The position numbers and the translations under genes were made by a program. The notes under the pieces were generated by a model that was given only the letters and a program-made list of their open reading frames with translations, had not been told where the DNA came from and did not search any database. Positions 52,898-64,000 of a stretch of DNA of 64,000 bases are shown piece by piece (positions within the stretch are counted from its first letter, which is position 1; the number at the start of each line of letters is the position of its first letter). Location of the stretch: contig NC_043008.1 in NCBI RefSeq assembly GCF_006345805.1, positions 34,038,001-34,102,000 of the forward strand, read 5' to 3'. This stretch comes from Octopus sinensis. Its lineage: Eukaryota.

Positions 52898-55800
52898 GAT
52901 CGGTCGTGTTATTCTTTGCTCCGCAGTGAATGAAAGATTGTTTTGTGCTGAGAAAGTTTGAAAATTTGCTGTTTTGTCGTCGAGGCCACTTCTTTTCTGC
53001 TGTTGCAGCAGAGCTTTGCTGTTCTTTCCCCCTTGTTTCAAGGGGGAAGTGACGAAAAGACATGAATTTGCAACCAGTCTCCTCCGAGTCGGAGGAAAAC
53101 GTTGAAAATTGTTTGAAGGCATGAAGGCGAAAATGCGGGAGGAGGAAGGTAGAAGTAAAGAGACGTCTCACGCGAGTGTCACAAAAGCAGACGACAATAT
53201 GTCTGGCGAAGTTAGTAAACGACAAGAAAAGGCAAAAATAAATTTTGCGAGTGCAGCAACTCGCCCCTGTGAAAATATAGTCATCAACAAGGAAGAATTA
53301 AAGAAATACCAAGAACAACTAAAAAAAGAAGGTGATAATGTGAAGTTGTTCCCTCCCAGTGAATTGATTTACGCGACGGAGAGAAAAACTGTCATATACA
53401 AGACGTATAATGTCAAAAATAAGAAAATTGACTTCGTACAGAGAGAAGCCATTGAAAAATGTTTGAGGCCGATATGGCAACAAACTACATTTATAAAGGG
53501 GTAGTCGCTTCGGCACGGTAGAGGTGCGTTTCCCTAGCGAAGAAATAGCTAGGGAACATTCAACAAGAACGTTGAAGTCGGAAGAGGTAGTTCTTTTACC
53601 ATTTTATTTAGGAATGAGAACTAGTAGAATAACGGTTACGGACATTCCGCCCGAAATCGAGGTGGATTTTATAACAGCAGCGATTCTCTTAGGCAAAGAG
53701 GAAGAAATTGCCATTCTTCAGTCTAAAAGATATCGCCCCACAACCTGGTATGGACAGGACTTAGAGCTTGTGATCCAAGCGAACCCCTCGGACTTGGAAA
53801 AATTGCCAAGCTCCCTCACCATTGGAGATACCACCTTGATGGTAATAGTCGAGGGAAGAAAACCGAGATGCTATAAATGTGGCGAGAAAGGCCACATACG
53901 GTCGAGCTGCAAGAAGACAGCGAAAGAAAATACTACAGAGGCAAGCACGACGCCGAAAACAACTTCACCGCTAGAAATAGCAGCCACGTCGCGCACCCCA
54001 ATTGCCGAAATTCAGCCGACAACGGGAGAAAACAACGACAAAAACGATGACAACAACATCAACAACATCCAGGAGTGGGTCAACGTGGAAGCTTCAAAAA
54101 GAAGACGGAAACGGAAAAATCCACCCTCTTCGGATACACAGGACTATACTCTGACACAGACAAGCACACCCACACCCACAAATACAGTCGCAAACACACA
54201 CGTAGCCAAAAAAACACACACACTGGAAAAAGCACACACAAACACTCACACACCTACCACAAGCACGCACACACCTACAACACCCACGCTTCTACAAGCA
54301 CATACACACCCACAAAACACACACCACAGCCCCCTCCACAATCACCTAACAAAAAAAAAAAGAAACACCTTCACGGCGATAAATAAAAACAATAACCCAT
54401 TAAGGGAAAAAATTAATTTACTGAAATCGGCGAAAAAATATATCGCAACAGATATAAATAGTATTATATCCGAAAATGTAGAATTTTATACGATAGATAA
54501 CGAGGATTATTTTGAAATTAAAAAATCTTTTGCGAAGGACGTAGGCCCGTTACAGATGAACTTTTCAAGCCATCTGTACAAGCAATTCGCAAAAAAACTG
54601 ACCTCGCAAAACAAACACTCACAGACAGAAAAGATGAGGGTGAAACTACACCCTCTCTTCTTTAAAACAGTAAGTTTTAAACATTCAACTAAATTTTCAC
54701 ATTCTCGTTTAAACTCGGTTGTATAAATATTCGCGGTGGTCGTATTGGAGCAAGGCTACCTCGTATTGGAAGCAAGGCTACCTCCTTAACGACCTTAGGT
54801 CGCATCGTTTGGATGTAGTGGTAATTACCGAATCCAGACTGAGTGGGCTGCAGGCTTTTTCGCCCCTTCTAAACGGCTACGAGAAATACATTTCTCCCTG
54901 TCGACCTGGAGGGGGAGGAGGAGTGGCAGTGCTAGTCAGGAAAAACCTGGATTTAGAGATTAGAACTGTCTTTATAGATCCGGGAGGCAGGTTGGTCGTT
55001 TTGGATGTGACGCACAGCAGTGGTAAAGTGTTCAGGCTGGTCGAAGTCTATGCTCCCTGCGAAGGAAAAGCCGGGCAGAAAGAGTATTTCAAAAGCCTAG
55101 AGAATTTTCTTGGCACGTCGAACACGTTAGTATTGCTAGGTGACTTCAACATAATTTGCGATGCAAGCGTAGATTATGTTGGCTCAAGAAAAAATACGAG
55201 GGGATTACCTCACCTCAACGATATGCTAAGTCGTTTCGAATTGGCAGATAGATTCAGACTGGACCATCCAGACATTCCAGAGTGGACCTGGGCAAGAAAC
55301 GACGGGTCGTCCAGATCTTATATCGATAGAATCATAACTAGAAGGAAAGATAAGAAAATACTTAGCTGTCCACAACACCATATCGTCAGCAACAGCGATC
55401 ACAAATTAGTGACCTGTACGTTCGACATAGATAGCATGTAGACGTGGAGGTACCGGCTACTGGAAGCTAAACAAGTCACTATTGGACTGTGAAGCCTACA
55501 GGAATCGGATTAAACAATAGTAATGAGGGCGTTAACGGATCCATATCAACAATAAATGGTGGTACGCCCTGAAAAGAGCCATCAAATTTGAGTCAATTAG
55601 GTTTAGCAAAGAACTAGCTAGTGCTAGAAACAAAGTAGAAAAGGAACTAGTTAAGGCTATAGAGGAGGCAATGAGGTCAGGCTGTGCATCGAAAGTGTTA
55701 GCGGCGAGGTTAGCACTAGACCAACATCTCCAAGCTAAACATGAAGGGTGCATTATTAGGGCTAAGATCCGTGCAATGAGACAGGAAGGAATCAACGCAG

Positions 55801-58332
55801 CCGGATGGGCCCGGTGGTAGAGGGCCAGCGTGGCAACAACTCAACCATTCGATCCTTGACGGGCCCAAATGGTCGATTAGTAAACGAACCCGAGGAGATG
55901 TGCAAGGTGTTTCATGATCATTTCCCCAGCTATTCGGGAGGAGCGGCGAGCTGGAGCGCGGGGAGAAGCTCGCAGACTTCCTAGCCGGTTCGCCGCGTCT
56001 ATCGGGGCCGGACGCGGAATCTTGTGAGGCGCCGATCACAGCCAAAGAAGTCGAGGATATGTTGGCAGAATGCGGCGGGGACAAATCGCCGGGACTCGAT
56101 GGTCTGCCTTACGAACTCTATAGTAGCATGCCAGACTTGTTTGGGCACCTACTTGCATGCGTGTACACCAACTGGCAGCAGAACGGGAGAATTCCTAAGT
56201 CTGTGAGCCGAGGGGTGGTAGCTGTTAAGAAAGGACCCAAACAAGGGGGATTTAATTGATAATTTCCGGCCTATCACTCTGCTTAACGCAGAGTTGAAGA
56301 TCTTGGCCAAGGTCTTAGCAAAAAGGTTGGCGAGGGTCGTGGGTGAACTTGTTGGCGAGGCGCAAACTTGCGCCATCCCTGGAAGGACCATCCACGACAA
56401 TCTCCACTTTCTACGCTATGCCTTAGAAAGGGTAAATAGGATTCCTGGCAAGGGTGGGGCTATGGTCCACTTGGACCAATCGAAAGCGTTTGATAGGGTG
56501 GACCATCAGTATCTGGCGGCGGCTGGCTTCGGCCCGACCGTCCGCGGATGGATCATCGCTTTATACAGCAACATCGAATCGGTAGTTCGGATAAATGGTT
56601 TCCTTTCGGAGCCGTTCAGCATTGAACGTTCGGTACGTCAAGGGTGTGTCCTCTCCCCGCTTCTCTACGTTTTGGCCCTCGAGCCGTTGCTGAGGAGGTT
56701 GGAAACTATGAGAGGCACCCGCAAGATCTAGGGTGCGGAAAGTCAGCTTCGGCGTATGCGGACGACATCACCGTCATCGTTTCCCGAGTCGAGCACCTAC
56801 AGTGGGTGGGTGAGGCCTTAAGGGACTACGAAGCGGTGGCAGGAGCGAAAGTCAACGGGATAAATCGGTCGGCTTGCAACTCGGCACCTGGAGGGGCAAG
56901 TCGATGTCTTCCGACAGCGTCGTAGGACGTTGGACGGAAGGACCGGTGAAAATGCTTGGGATCTGGTTAGGTCCAGATCTCCAGATAGAGAAGAATTGGA
57001 GCGAGAGGTGGCGAGAAAGGTGGCTCTCCTAACTCAGACATGGTCTGAACGGAATCTGTCCTTGAAAGGAAGGCGGAGGTTGCAGAAGTGTTTATCGCCT
57101 CTGTAATCACTTACCGCCTAACCGTAGTGCCTTGCCCCGATTCGTGGCTGAACAAACTGGAACGCATGCTCTTTCACTTTTTGTGGAGGGGCAGCAGACC
57201 TCTTGTAAGGCGCTCTATTTGCTGCCAAAAGCCGCTGAACGGTGGGTTAGGGATGCCGTGGCTAAAAATGCGCAGACATGCGCTCAGGCTTAGGCACCTC
57301 TGGATTTACCTGGACGGTGAGCAGGTGTGGTCTCCGTTTGTCAAGCTGTTATTTCCACAGTTCACATCGTTTAACGAACTGAACCCATGGATCAAGTGTA
57401 GACCGAGGTTGGGCATGTGGCATGCAGAGTGCTATCAGGCACTCGTGCTTCTCTCCCAGTCGGGCAACGCCGGTGGCGGGGCTACTACCGCGTTCTTCTA
57501 TAGAGGGTTAGTAGAGTTTAAGTGTGACGACGTCCTAGGAGAAACTCTGGGCTTCGACGAAAATCAACTGGCCAGCCTGTTCCAAAGAACATTCGGTCCG
57601 GGGCCTATGGATAATTACCAAAAGTCCCTGGCCTGGCAATGTTACAGAGGAGCTTTACCGGTTCGAGATAAGCTCTTTAGACATGGGTGTGCACCTTCGC
57701 CGGTTTGTGCAAGATGTGCAAGATGTAAGAGGGACAGTGAAACTGTCCTGCACGCGATTGTGCAATGCCCCAAGGTGACTGAACTCTGGACTTATGTCGA
57801 ACACCTGCTGTCGCATTCGAGAAGAGTACAACTGTCGAGCGAATCTGTAATTAAGATAGTTCCGCCGACCTTCCTGAATAGGGAGGAGCGAGCCTGTTTT
57901 CTTTCGGTAGTTGCTATGGCGAAAGAAAGTGTGGAAGACGAGAGTAAAAGGAATTGCAACAGGCATGTTTATCTCCAGTCTCGAGCTAATCGGCTTTTTC
58001 GTTTTCCACATGAAACGGAAAATAAGGCTGGAGAAGAAATGCCTGTCGCAAAGTGTGTTTCGTAAAAGATGGAAGTCTATAGCAAGTATGTTGCGAGTGA
58101 AAGAACCTATTTAATCGAGAATGTAAAAAGGATAAAGCAAAGTCTTCAGTGTGAGTATGTGGTTTGTGGGGTCGACCGCGTCCTCCGCTTCATTTTTTGT
58201 TAATCACTCATTCTCATTTAATTGTATATATATTAATTGTTTGTTTATTCATGTTTCGTCTCATTCGATACCCTGACCCCAACGTTTGTTTTGTCCCCTC
58301 TTTTTCTCAACCTTATGGTGAATAAAGAAATA
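52898..58332 (+). mobile_element. Near full-length Tx1/L1-clade LINE inserted in (TC)n
   Basis: ORF1 53109-54726 with CYKCGEKGHIRSSC knuckle; ORF2 54719-58113 with APE (LGDFN, IDRI..SDHK), RT (KSPGLDGLPYE, LDQSKAFDRVDH, VRQGCVLSP, YADD) and C-terminal CARC..ETVLHAIVQC; AATAAA at 58321; several frameshifts. Confidence 0.95.
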
Positions 58333-58934
58333 CTCTCTTGTCTCTCTCTCTTTCCCTCTCTCACGCACACATATACACACGCTCACTCACTCACTCACAG
58401 TTATTTCACAAACAAAGTTCAAACCGGAATTATCCGGAAACAACCGAATTTTCCGTTCTTCAAGTTTTAGCAGACGATAACTTTCTAAGCCAAGCTATCG
58501 TCTGCCAATTGATTTGAGTCATATCAGTTGGTTCCTGCACTCTCAACGAAGGAGACGTCTCATGTCAGCATTGAAGGTAAAGTTCCTTATTAACTTCATT
58601 AAAAAATACTCATTACATCTTTATAAAACTGTAATTAGCCAGTCATCTATCATAAAGTAAGAAAACACAGCATTCTAAAGAGGAAACTGGTATTGTTCAA
58701 TCGCTTATCAGTCTTTGGTGTTGATATTTGGAGATGAGAATTTCTGTTCTGTTCGCGAAGACATCTAGTTTGAAGTGAATGTAGAATATCTTATTAAATT
58801 CGTTTAAAAATGTGAAAGAAAATTAAATTATTTCTTAAAAAGTGTCTTTCAGGTCACTCCTGCACTTCTCTATATTTCTTCTCTCCTTATGTCTAGCTTA
58901 GATTCACATGCATACACGCGTGGGTAGAGTTATG

Positions 58935-58988
<54 letters not shown>

Positions 58989-59348
58989 TGTCTGAAGGTG
59001 ACCCGCTCTACGTGCGGGTAAGAGTGTGGTTGTTACTTTCTCTTGCTTCCTTTCAGCACGTAAAAAGCACCATCCGAACGTGGCCGATTGCAGCGCCGCC
59101 TTGACTGGCTTCTGTGCCGGTGGCACGTAAAAAGCACCAACCGATCGTGGCCGCTGCCAGCCCCTCTGGCACATGTCCCGGCGGTACGAAAAAAGCACCC
59201 ACTACACTCACAGAGTGGTTGGCGTTAGGAAAGTCATCCACCTGTAGAAACACTGCCAGAGCAGACTGGAGCCTGGTGCAGCCTCCTGGCTTCCCAGACC
59301 CCGGTCAAACTGTCCAACCCGTGCTAGCATGGAAAACGGACGTTAAAC

Positions 59349-59379
<31 letters not shown>

Positions 59380-60167
59380 CTCCCTGTTTGTTTCTCTCTC
59401 CTTTCTCTCTCACTTTCCCACTCTCTTACTCTTCCTTTCTCTCGGACTCTCCCTCGCTTTCCCTTACTCTCTATCTTTATCTATCTCTCTCCCATTTATA
59501 AACAACAAAAGATCTTGAGTAAGTTGAGAAATAAAATATTTAGAAAGATCAATCATGAATATCCGGCAGTAACAACGGAAAGGTCTGCTTCAAGGCAGAC
59601 AGTAAAACACTAACATTTAAAAGGGACAGACGAACTTGCGAGCTGAATAAAAATAATAAAATATTGGAAACCAAAGTTTGAAGGGATAGAATCTGAGGAT
59701 AGTAGAGTCACCATGGCTGGCATCTCTTAACGACGGACAGCAACGTTTTGACAGTTTAATGGCTGGCGTAAAATTTTGAACTTGATGTAAAAGAAAATCC
59801 CTAAACACCAAGTTTTGAAGTGATTCTTTCTCACGATGGCAAGCATTCAAAACTTCTTCATCATGGACTGCAACACATTGACGATTAAAAGGCTGGCGCA
59901 AATTTTTTAGCTTGATGTAACAGAGAATTGCTAAACACTCGCTCCTTTAAATTTTAATCCCCTTTCAGCCCCATTTAGACCCCTTTTTACATTTTGGTTA
60001 ATATAACCCGATTTCATTCGGGTCTACTGGGGCCACATTTTATAAGATGAGGAATTTTGTCCTAGAGGTCACGCCTTTCATTTGAGGAAAAAAATAGTTG
60101 TCATGCAAACTTGCCAGCACTTTTAACATAGGTGTGCATATTTTCAGCTCAACCACATAGTGCACAC

Positions 60168-60201
<34 letters not shown>

Positions 60202-60861
60202 TGTGTGTGTGTTGGAGTCTCTCTCATACGTGAGCGTTGACGCTGAATTCGACTGGTAAGCAGGTAACCTTGTCTTTGTTGAAATAGTTGTGACGGGTAA
60301 TAGGAATTTCCATATCCTCCGAGGAAACCAACTGTTGACCCAGACAATTAGAATTAATTTTAATAAAAGCATCAATTTAAGAAAAAATAATAAAGTAGTA
60401 AAAAATGAAAATTTAGCACGAAAAATTTGCAGGGTTCTAAATAAATGTTAAAATATAATAGATACAAAAAAACCTACGTTATCACCAGAACACGAATGTT
60501 TGTTGGTGTGTTCGGTTTGTATTTGCCCCATCGGCGCGTTGACAGGCAGACAATAGAATGTGATGACGAGATTCATAATATTTGTTGTCATGTGTTGGTC
60601 ATACATAAAAGAAGGCCGTTTGAGGAAGTGCCCACACGGAGTCCATAGTGATAATCACTATGGACTCTGTGTGGGCAGTCATCTAAAAGTTTTTGTTCGT
60701 CATGATGCTGACATAAGTTCCTTGTCTTTCCTGATGAGAAGGCGGCATAATGCACCATTTATTCCTTCGGAATTAAGAATATGCAGTCTTCGAAACATAT
60801 GTCGAGAATAAAGGAATTTTGTTAAATCGTCGTTCAACTCCATTCTTTCATTGAGATATAT

Positions 60862-60927
<66 letters not shown>

Positions 60928-60942
60928 TATATATATATTATA

Positions 60943-60985
<43 letters not shown>

Positions 60986-62474
60986 GGATCTTTTCCTTTT
61001 GAACGGCACATGTCAACACAGTTAACTAAACACTTTTAAACTCGTATACTGGTAGAATGTGTTTATAAAACATCATTTTTTCTTGGCTTATTGAGAAAAT
61101 TCTACATATTTCCATATATTTCCACTTTAATTTCAAGCATTTCGGCAATTTTAACCAATCGCTGACCTCCATTTGGGGTGAAAACATTCCGTGCTGTATG
61201 AATATGTCCCTTGTTTAAGAAACAGATTGGGTTTATTTACATTTGCGAAGAAAAAAGATACCCTTCCCCCACCCCTAGCCCCAATCCTAACCCTAACTCT
61301 AAGCCTAAATCTAAAATAGATTGAAATGCAATAGATCGATACTAGGGTTATAAGTATCGGTGACAATTTCATAAAACACCGCTACGGAAAATGGGATTTT
61401 TTCTAGCGGTGTCAAATGAAAATGTCACCCATAATTATAACCCTAGTATCGATCTATTGCATTTCAATCTATTTTAGATTTAGGGTTAGAGTTTGGGTTA
61501 GGGTTAGGCATGTGGGAAGCCACGAAAGCCAGTCAAGGCGGCGCTGGCACCAGCCACATTCGGATGGTGCTTTTTACGTGCCACCGGCACAACTACAATT
61601 TCCATTTGATTTTCAATTTGATGTTGATGTACTTGGCTCAATAGGTCTCCTCAAGCACAGCAGGTTGCCCTACGATCCAAGGTACGTTTAAATGTGCTGG
61701 GGATGGTTATGCGAAACTGGTGTAGGATACAGCCGTGAACTAACTTTATTTACCGGGTCTTTGCAGTCACGCATATCTCCAGAGGTCTCGGTCTTTCGTC
61801 ATTGCCTCTGTTAGGCCAAAACGTTCGAAGGTCATGCTTCACCACCTCACCCCATGTCTTCCTGGGTCTACCTCCACCCCGGATTCTTTCAACAGCTCTC
61901 CTCATCCATCCGTAGTGCATGGCCATACCAGCGCAAACGACTCTCTTGCACGCCACATCCGATGCTTCTTATGTCCAACATTTCTCTCAGGGCGTTTACA
62001 CTCTGTCGTGTGTGCATACTGACATTACACATCCAGCGGATCGTGCTAGCTTCATTTCTTTCGAGCCAACACATGTCCTCCGCAGTCATTGTCGTGAAGC
62101 ATGGCAAGTTCGCACACATGCATCGTACAATCTGCCTTTCACTCTGAGCGAGCGGCCCTTTGTCACCAGTAGGGGTGGAAGCTTTCTAAACTTTGCTCAG
62201 GCTATTCTTATTCTATCTGAAGCAATGCAACATTCCCTTTTCTTCCTGGGAAAACAAAGCATCAGAACGCAGGGCCTGGCACCACGCCTCCTTTTGCCCA
62301 GTTCAAAGATTTGAGCAAAGTAAACTCCAACATCAGAAGCAAATTTGTCCAAGCACGAAGACACACTGGCAAAATGCTGCTCCTCTAAATGGAAACCTTA
62401 ACTGTCATTATAATTTTATAGCACGTCTGCTCTAGTGTCTGTTGGCTTGTGTACGTGCATACATTAATATACAT

Positions 62475-62516
62475 TGTATGTATGTATGTATGTATGTATA
62501 TATGTATGTATGTATG

Positions 62517-62550
<34 letters not shown>

Positions 62551-62644
62551 TGTATGTATGTATGTTTGTATGTATGTATGTATGTATGTATGTATGTTTG
62601 TATGTGTGTATGTATGTACGTATGTATGTATATATGTATGTATG

Positions 62645-62678
<34 letters not shown>

Positions 62679-62720
62679 TGTATGTGCGCATGTAAATAGG
62701 TATGTATGTATGTATGTATG
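62475..62720. repeat. (TATG)n microsatellite; many other (TA)n, (CA)n, (TC)n, (AAT)n, (TATC)n and (TACA)n tracts across the window
   Basis: Direct reading; these tracts account for most short ORFs in the track. Confidence 0.95.
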
Positions 62721-63249
62721 AGTGTTTGGAGTGCCTGTATGAGTGTGCGCATATGAATATGTCTGGTATACATGAATATGCATATCTCTGTATTTGTATG
62801 TTTATATACGTATGCATGTGTATATTTACATCTGGTGTGTTGTATATGCATACTTCGTGTGTGTGTGTGTGAGTGCATGCATGTGTGCGTTTGAGCATTT
62901 TTTGTGTATGGTCTAGTACGAGCATACATGAGATCAGCGTGTGAGCATGTGTGTGTACGGATGTAATGGTGCATTTTGTTAGGTGACATGTAATGGTAAC
63001 AGCAGCTATACGTGACTAGGTCTGACGTTGGATTAAGATTCGATGATAGTTGGGGAAAGGAAAATGGTAAGGAAAGAAAGGAAAGCGTGTGTGTGTGTGT
63101 AGGCATGTACTTGCATACACATACAAAAACAATCGTGGGAGATTACAGAAAATACATAGGGTTGGAAAGTTAGTCAACGGTCTGAGCAGATAGCAGAGTT
63201 TAAGTACCCAGTGCTAAATTATGGGGCAGCCAGTACTAAGTTGCTATGC

Positions 63250-63530
63250 TCGGGTCGTCAGCTTAAAGTTCCCTATGAGGGCACACCTCTAATGGCTGCG
63301 ATGAGATAATTTGTTTTTCCTGTTGTGGATACTGAAGGTTCATGGAGAATACGTAGATTTCACAGAAGCAAAGCTGGGCTCCTTTCAATGATGGTGCATT
63401 CGATGTTTGGGGAGTCGTTCAGGTAAGTGGGAGGTCTCCAGATGAAGTTAGGTAAGGAGGTGGGTTTTTTTCTATCTCTGCATCTGACAGAATGCATATA
63501 GTGTGTATACCTTCTCTTGAAGTCATAGGC
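63250..63530 (-). mobile_element. Penelope-like GIY-YIG fragment
   Basis: FKRRYTHYMHSVR..KPTSLPNFIW..NIECTIIER. Confidence 0.65.
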
Positions 63531-63656
63531 CATCATGTCCTTGTAGTGCTTGTGATGCCATTGAATAGTGTGAAGAAGGCTCATTAGCCCACAGTCCTCG
63601 AGAGTCATATATATTCGTATATATATATGGGGGGTGGATGGTTGGATGGATGTATG

Positions 63657-63713
<57 letters not shown>

Positions 63714-64000
63714 CATGCATATATATATATGTTTACATGCATGTTGGGTCGTGATTGTTTTGTATTATGATAATATTTTGGTGGGTCTAGAAATGCTTGG
63801 CAGAACCCATCACCTCTCCATGCATTGAGTCCCACAATAAGGTTAGCCTACTAGCAGACACAATTATCAAGTTGTGGCCAAGTATGGTCTCAGCAACAAT
63901 AGTGAGAGTCAGATGAGAACCAATGTACCTGTTCATACCTAATGATGCTGCTACCAAAAACCAAGGTATTCTCCCTACTTGAGTGCTTCATTGCAGCAGA

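Overview
AT-rich animal genomic DNA saturated with microsatellites and transposons. The SINE/LINE repertoire and repeat load resemble an octopod cephalopod (inference). Almost all ORFs in the supplied track are microsatellite artefacts or transposon fragments. One host gene can be assembled by hand on the + strand from six exons with consistent splice phases (3330-3375, 16162-16233, 17553-17627, 20224-20280, 24833-25089, 32091-32184). It encodes a signal peptide, a Ser/Thr/Asn-rich stalk built from three tandemly duplicated exons, and a PLAT/LH2-like domain: 200 codons plus 1 nt, ending at a phase-1 donor, with no downstream exon identified. The rest is mobile DNA: RTE LINEs (including a GC-rich BovB-like copy), R4/Dong- and HERO-like RLE LINEs, a near full-length Tx1/L1 element in a (TC)n tract with an empty paralogous site nearby, Penelope-like fragments with one fairly intact hammerhead-like motif, a Gypsy-type solo LTR, a full-length irritans-type mariner, several Helitron derivatives, MITEs (some with TTAGGG-like arrays), tRNA-derived SINEs and a local duplication carrying a perfect 24-bp hairpin. 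There is a 100-N gap at 45617-45716. No CRISPR, rRNA or true tRNA genes were found. All calls come from manual reading; no alignments or database searches were run.
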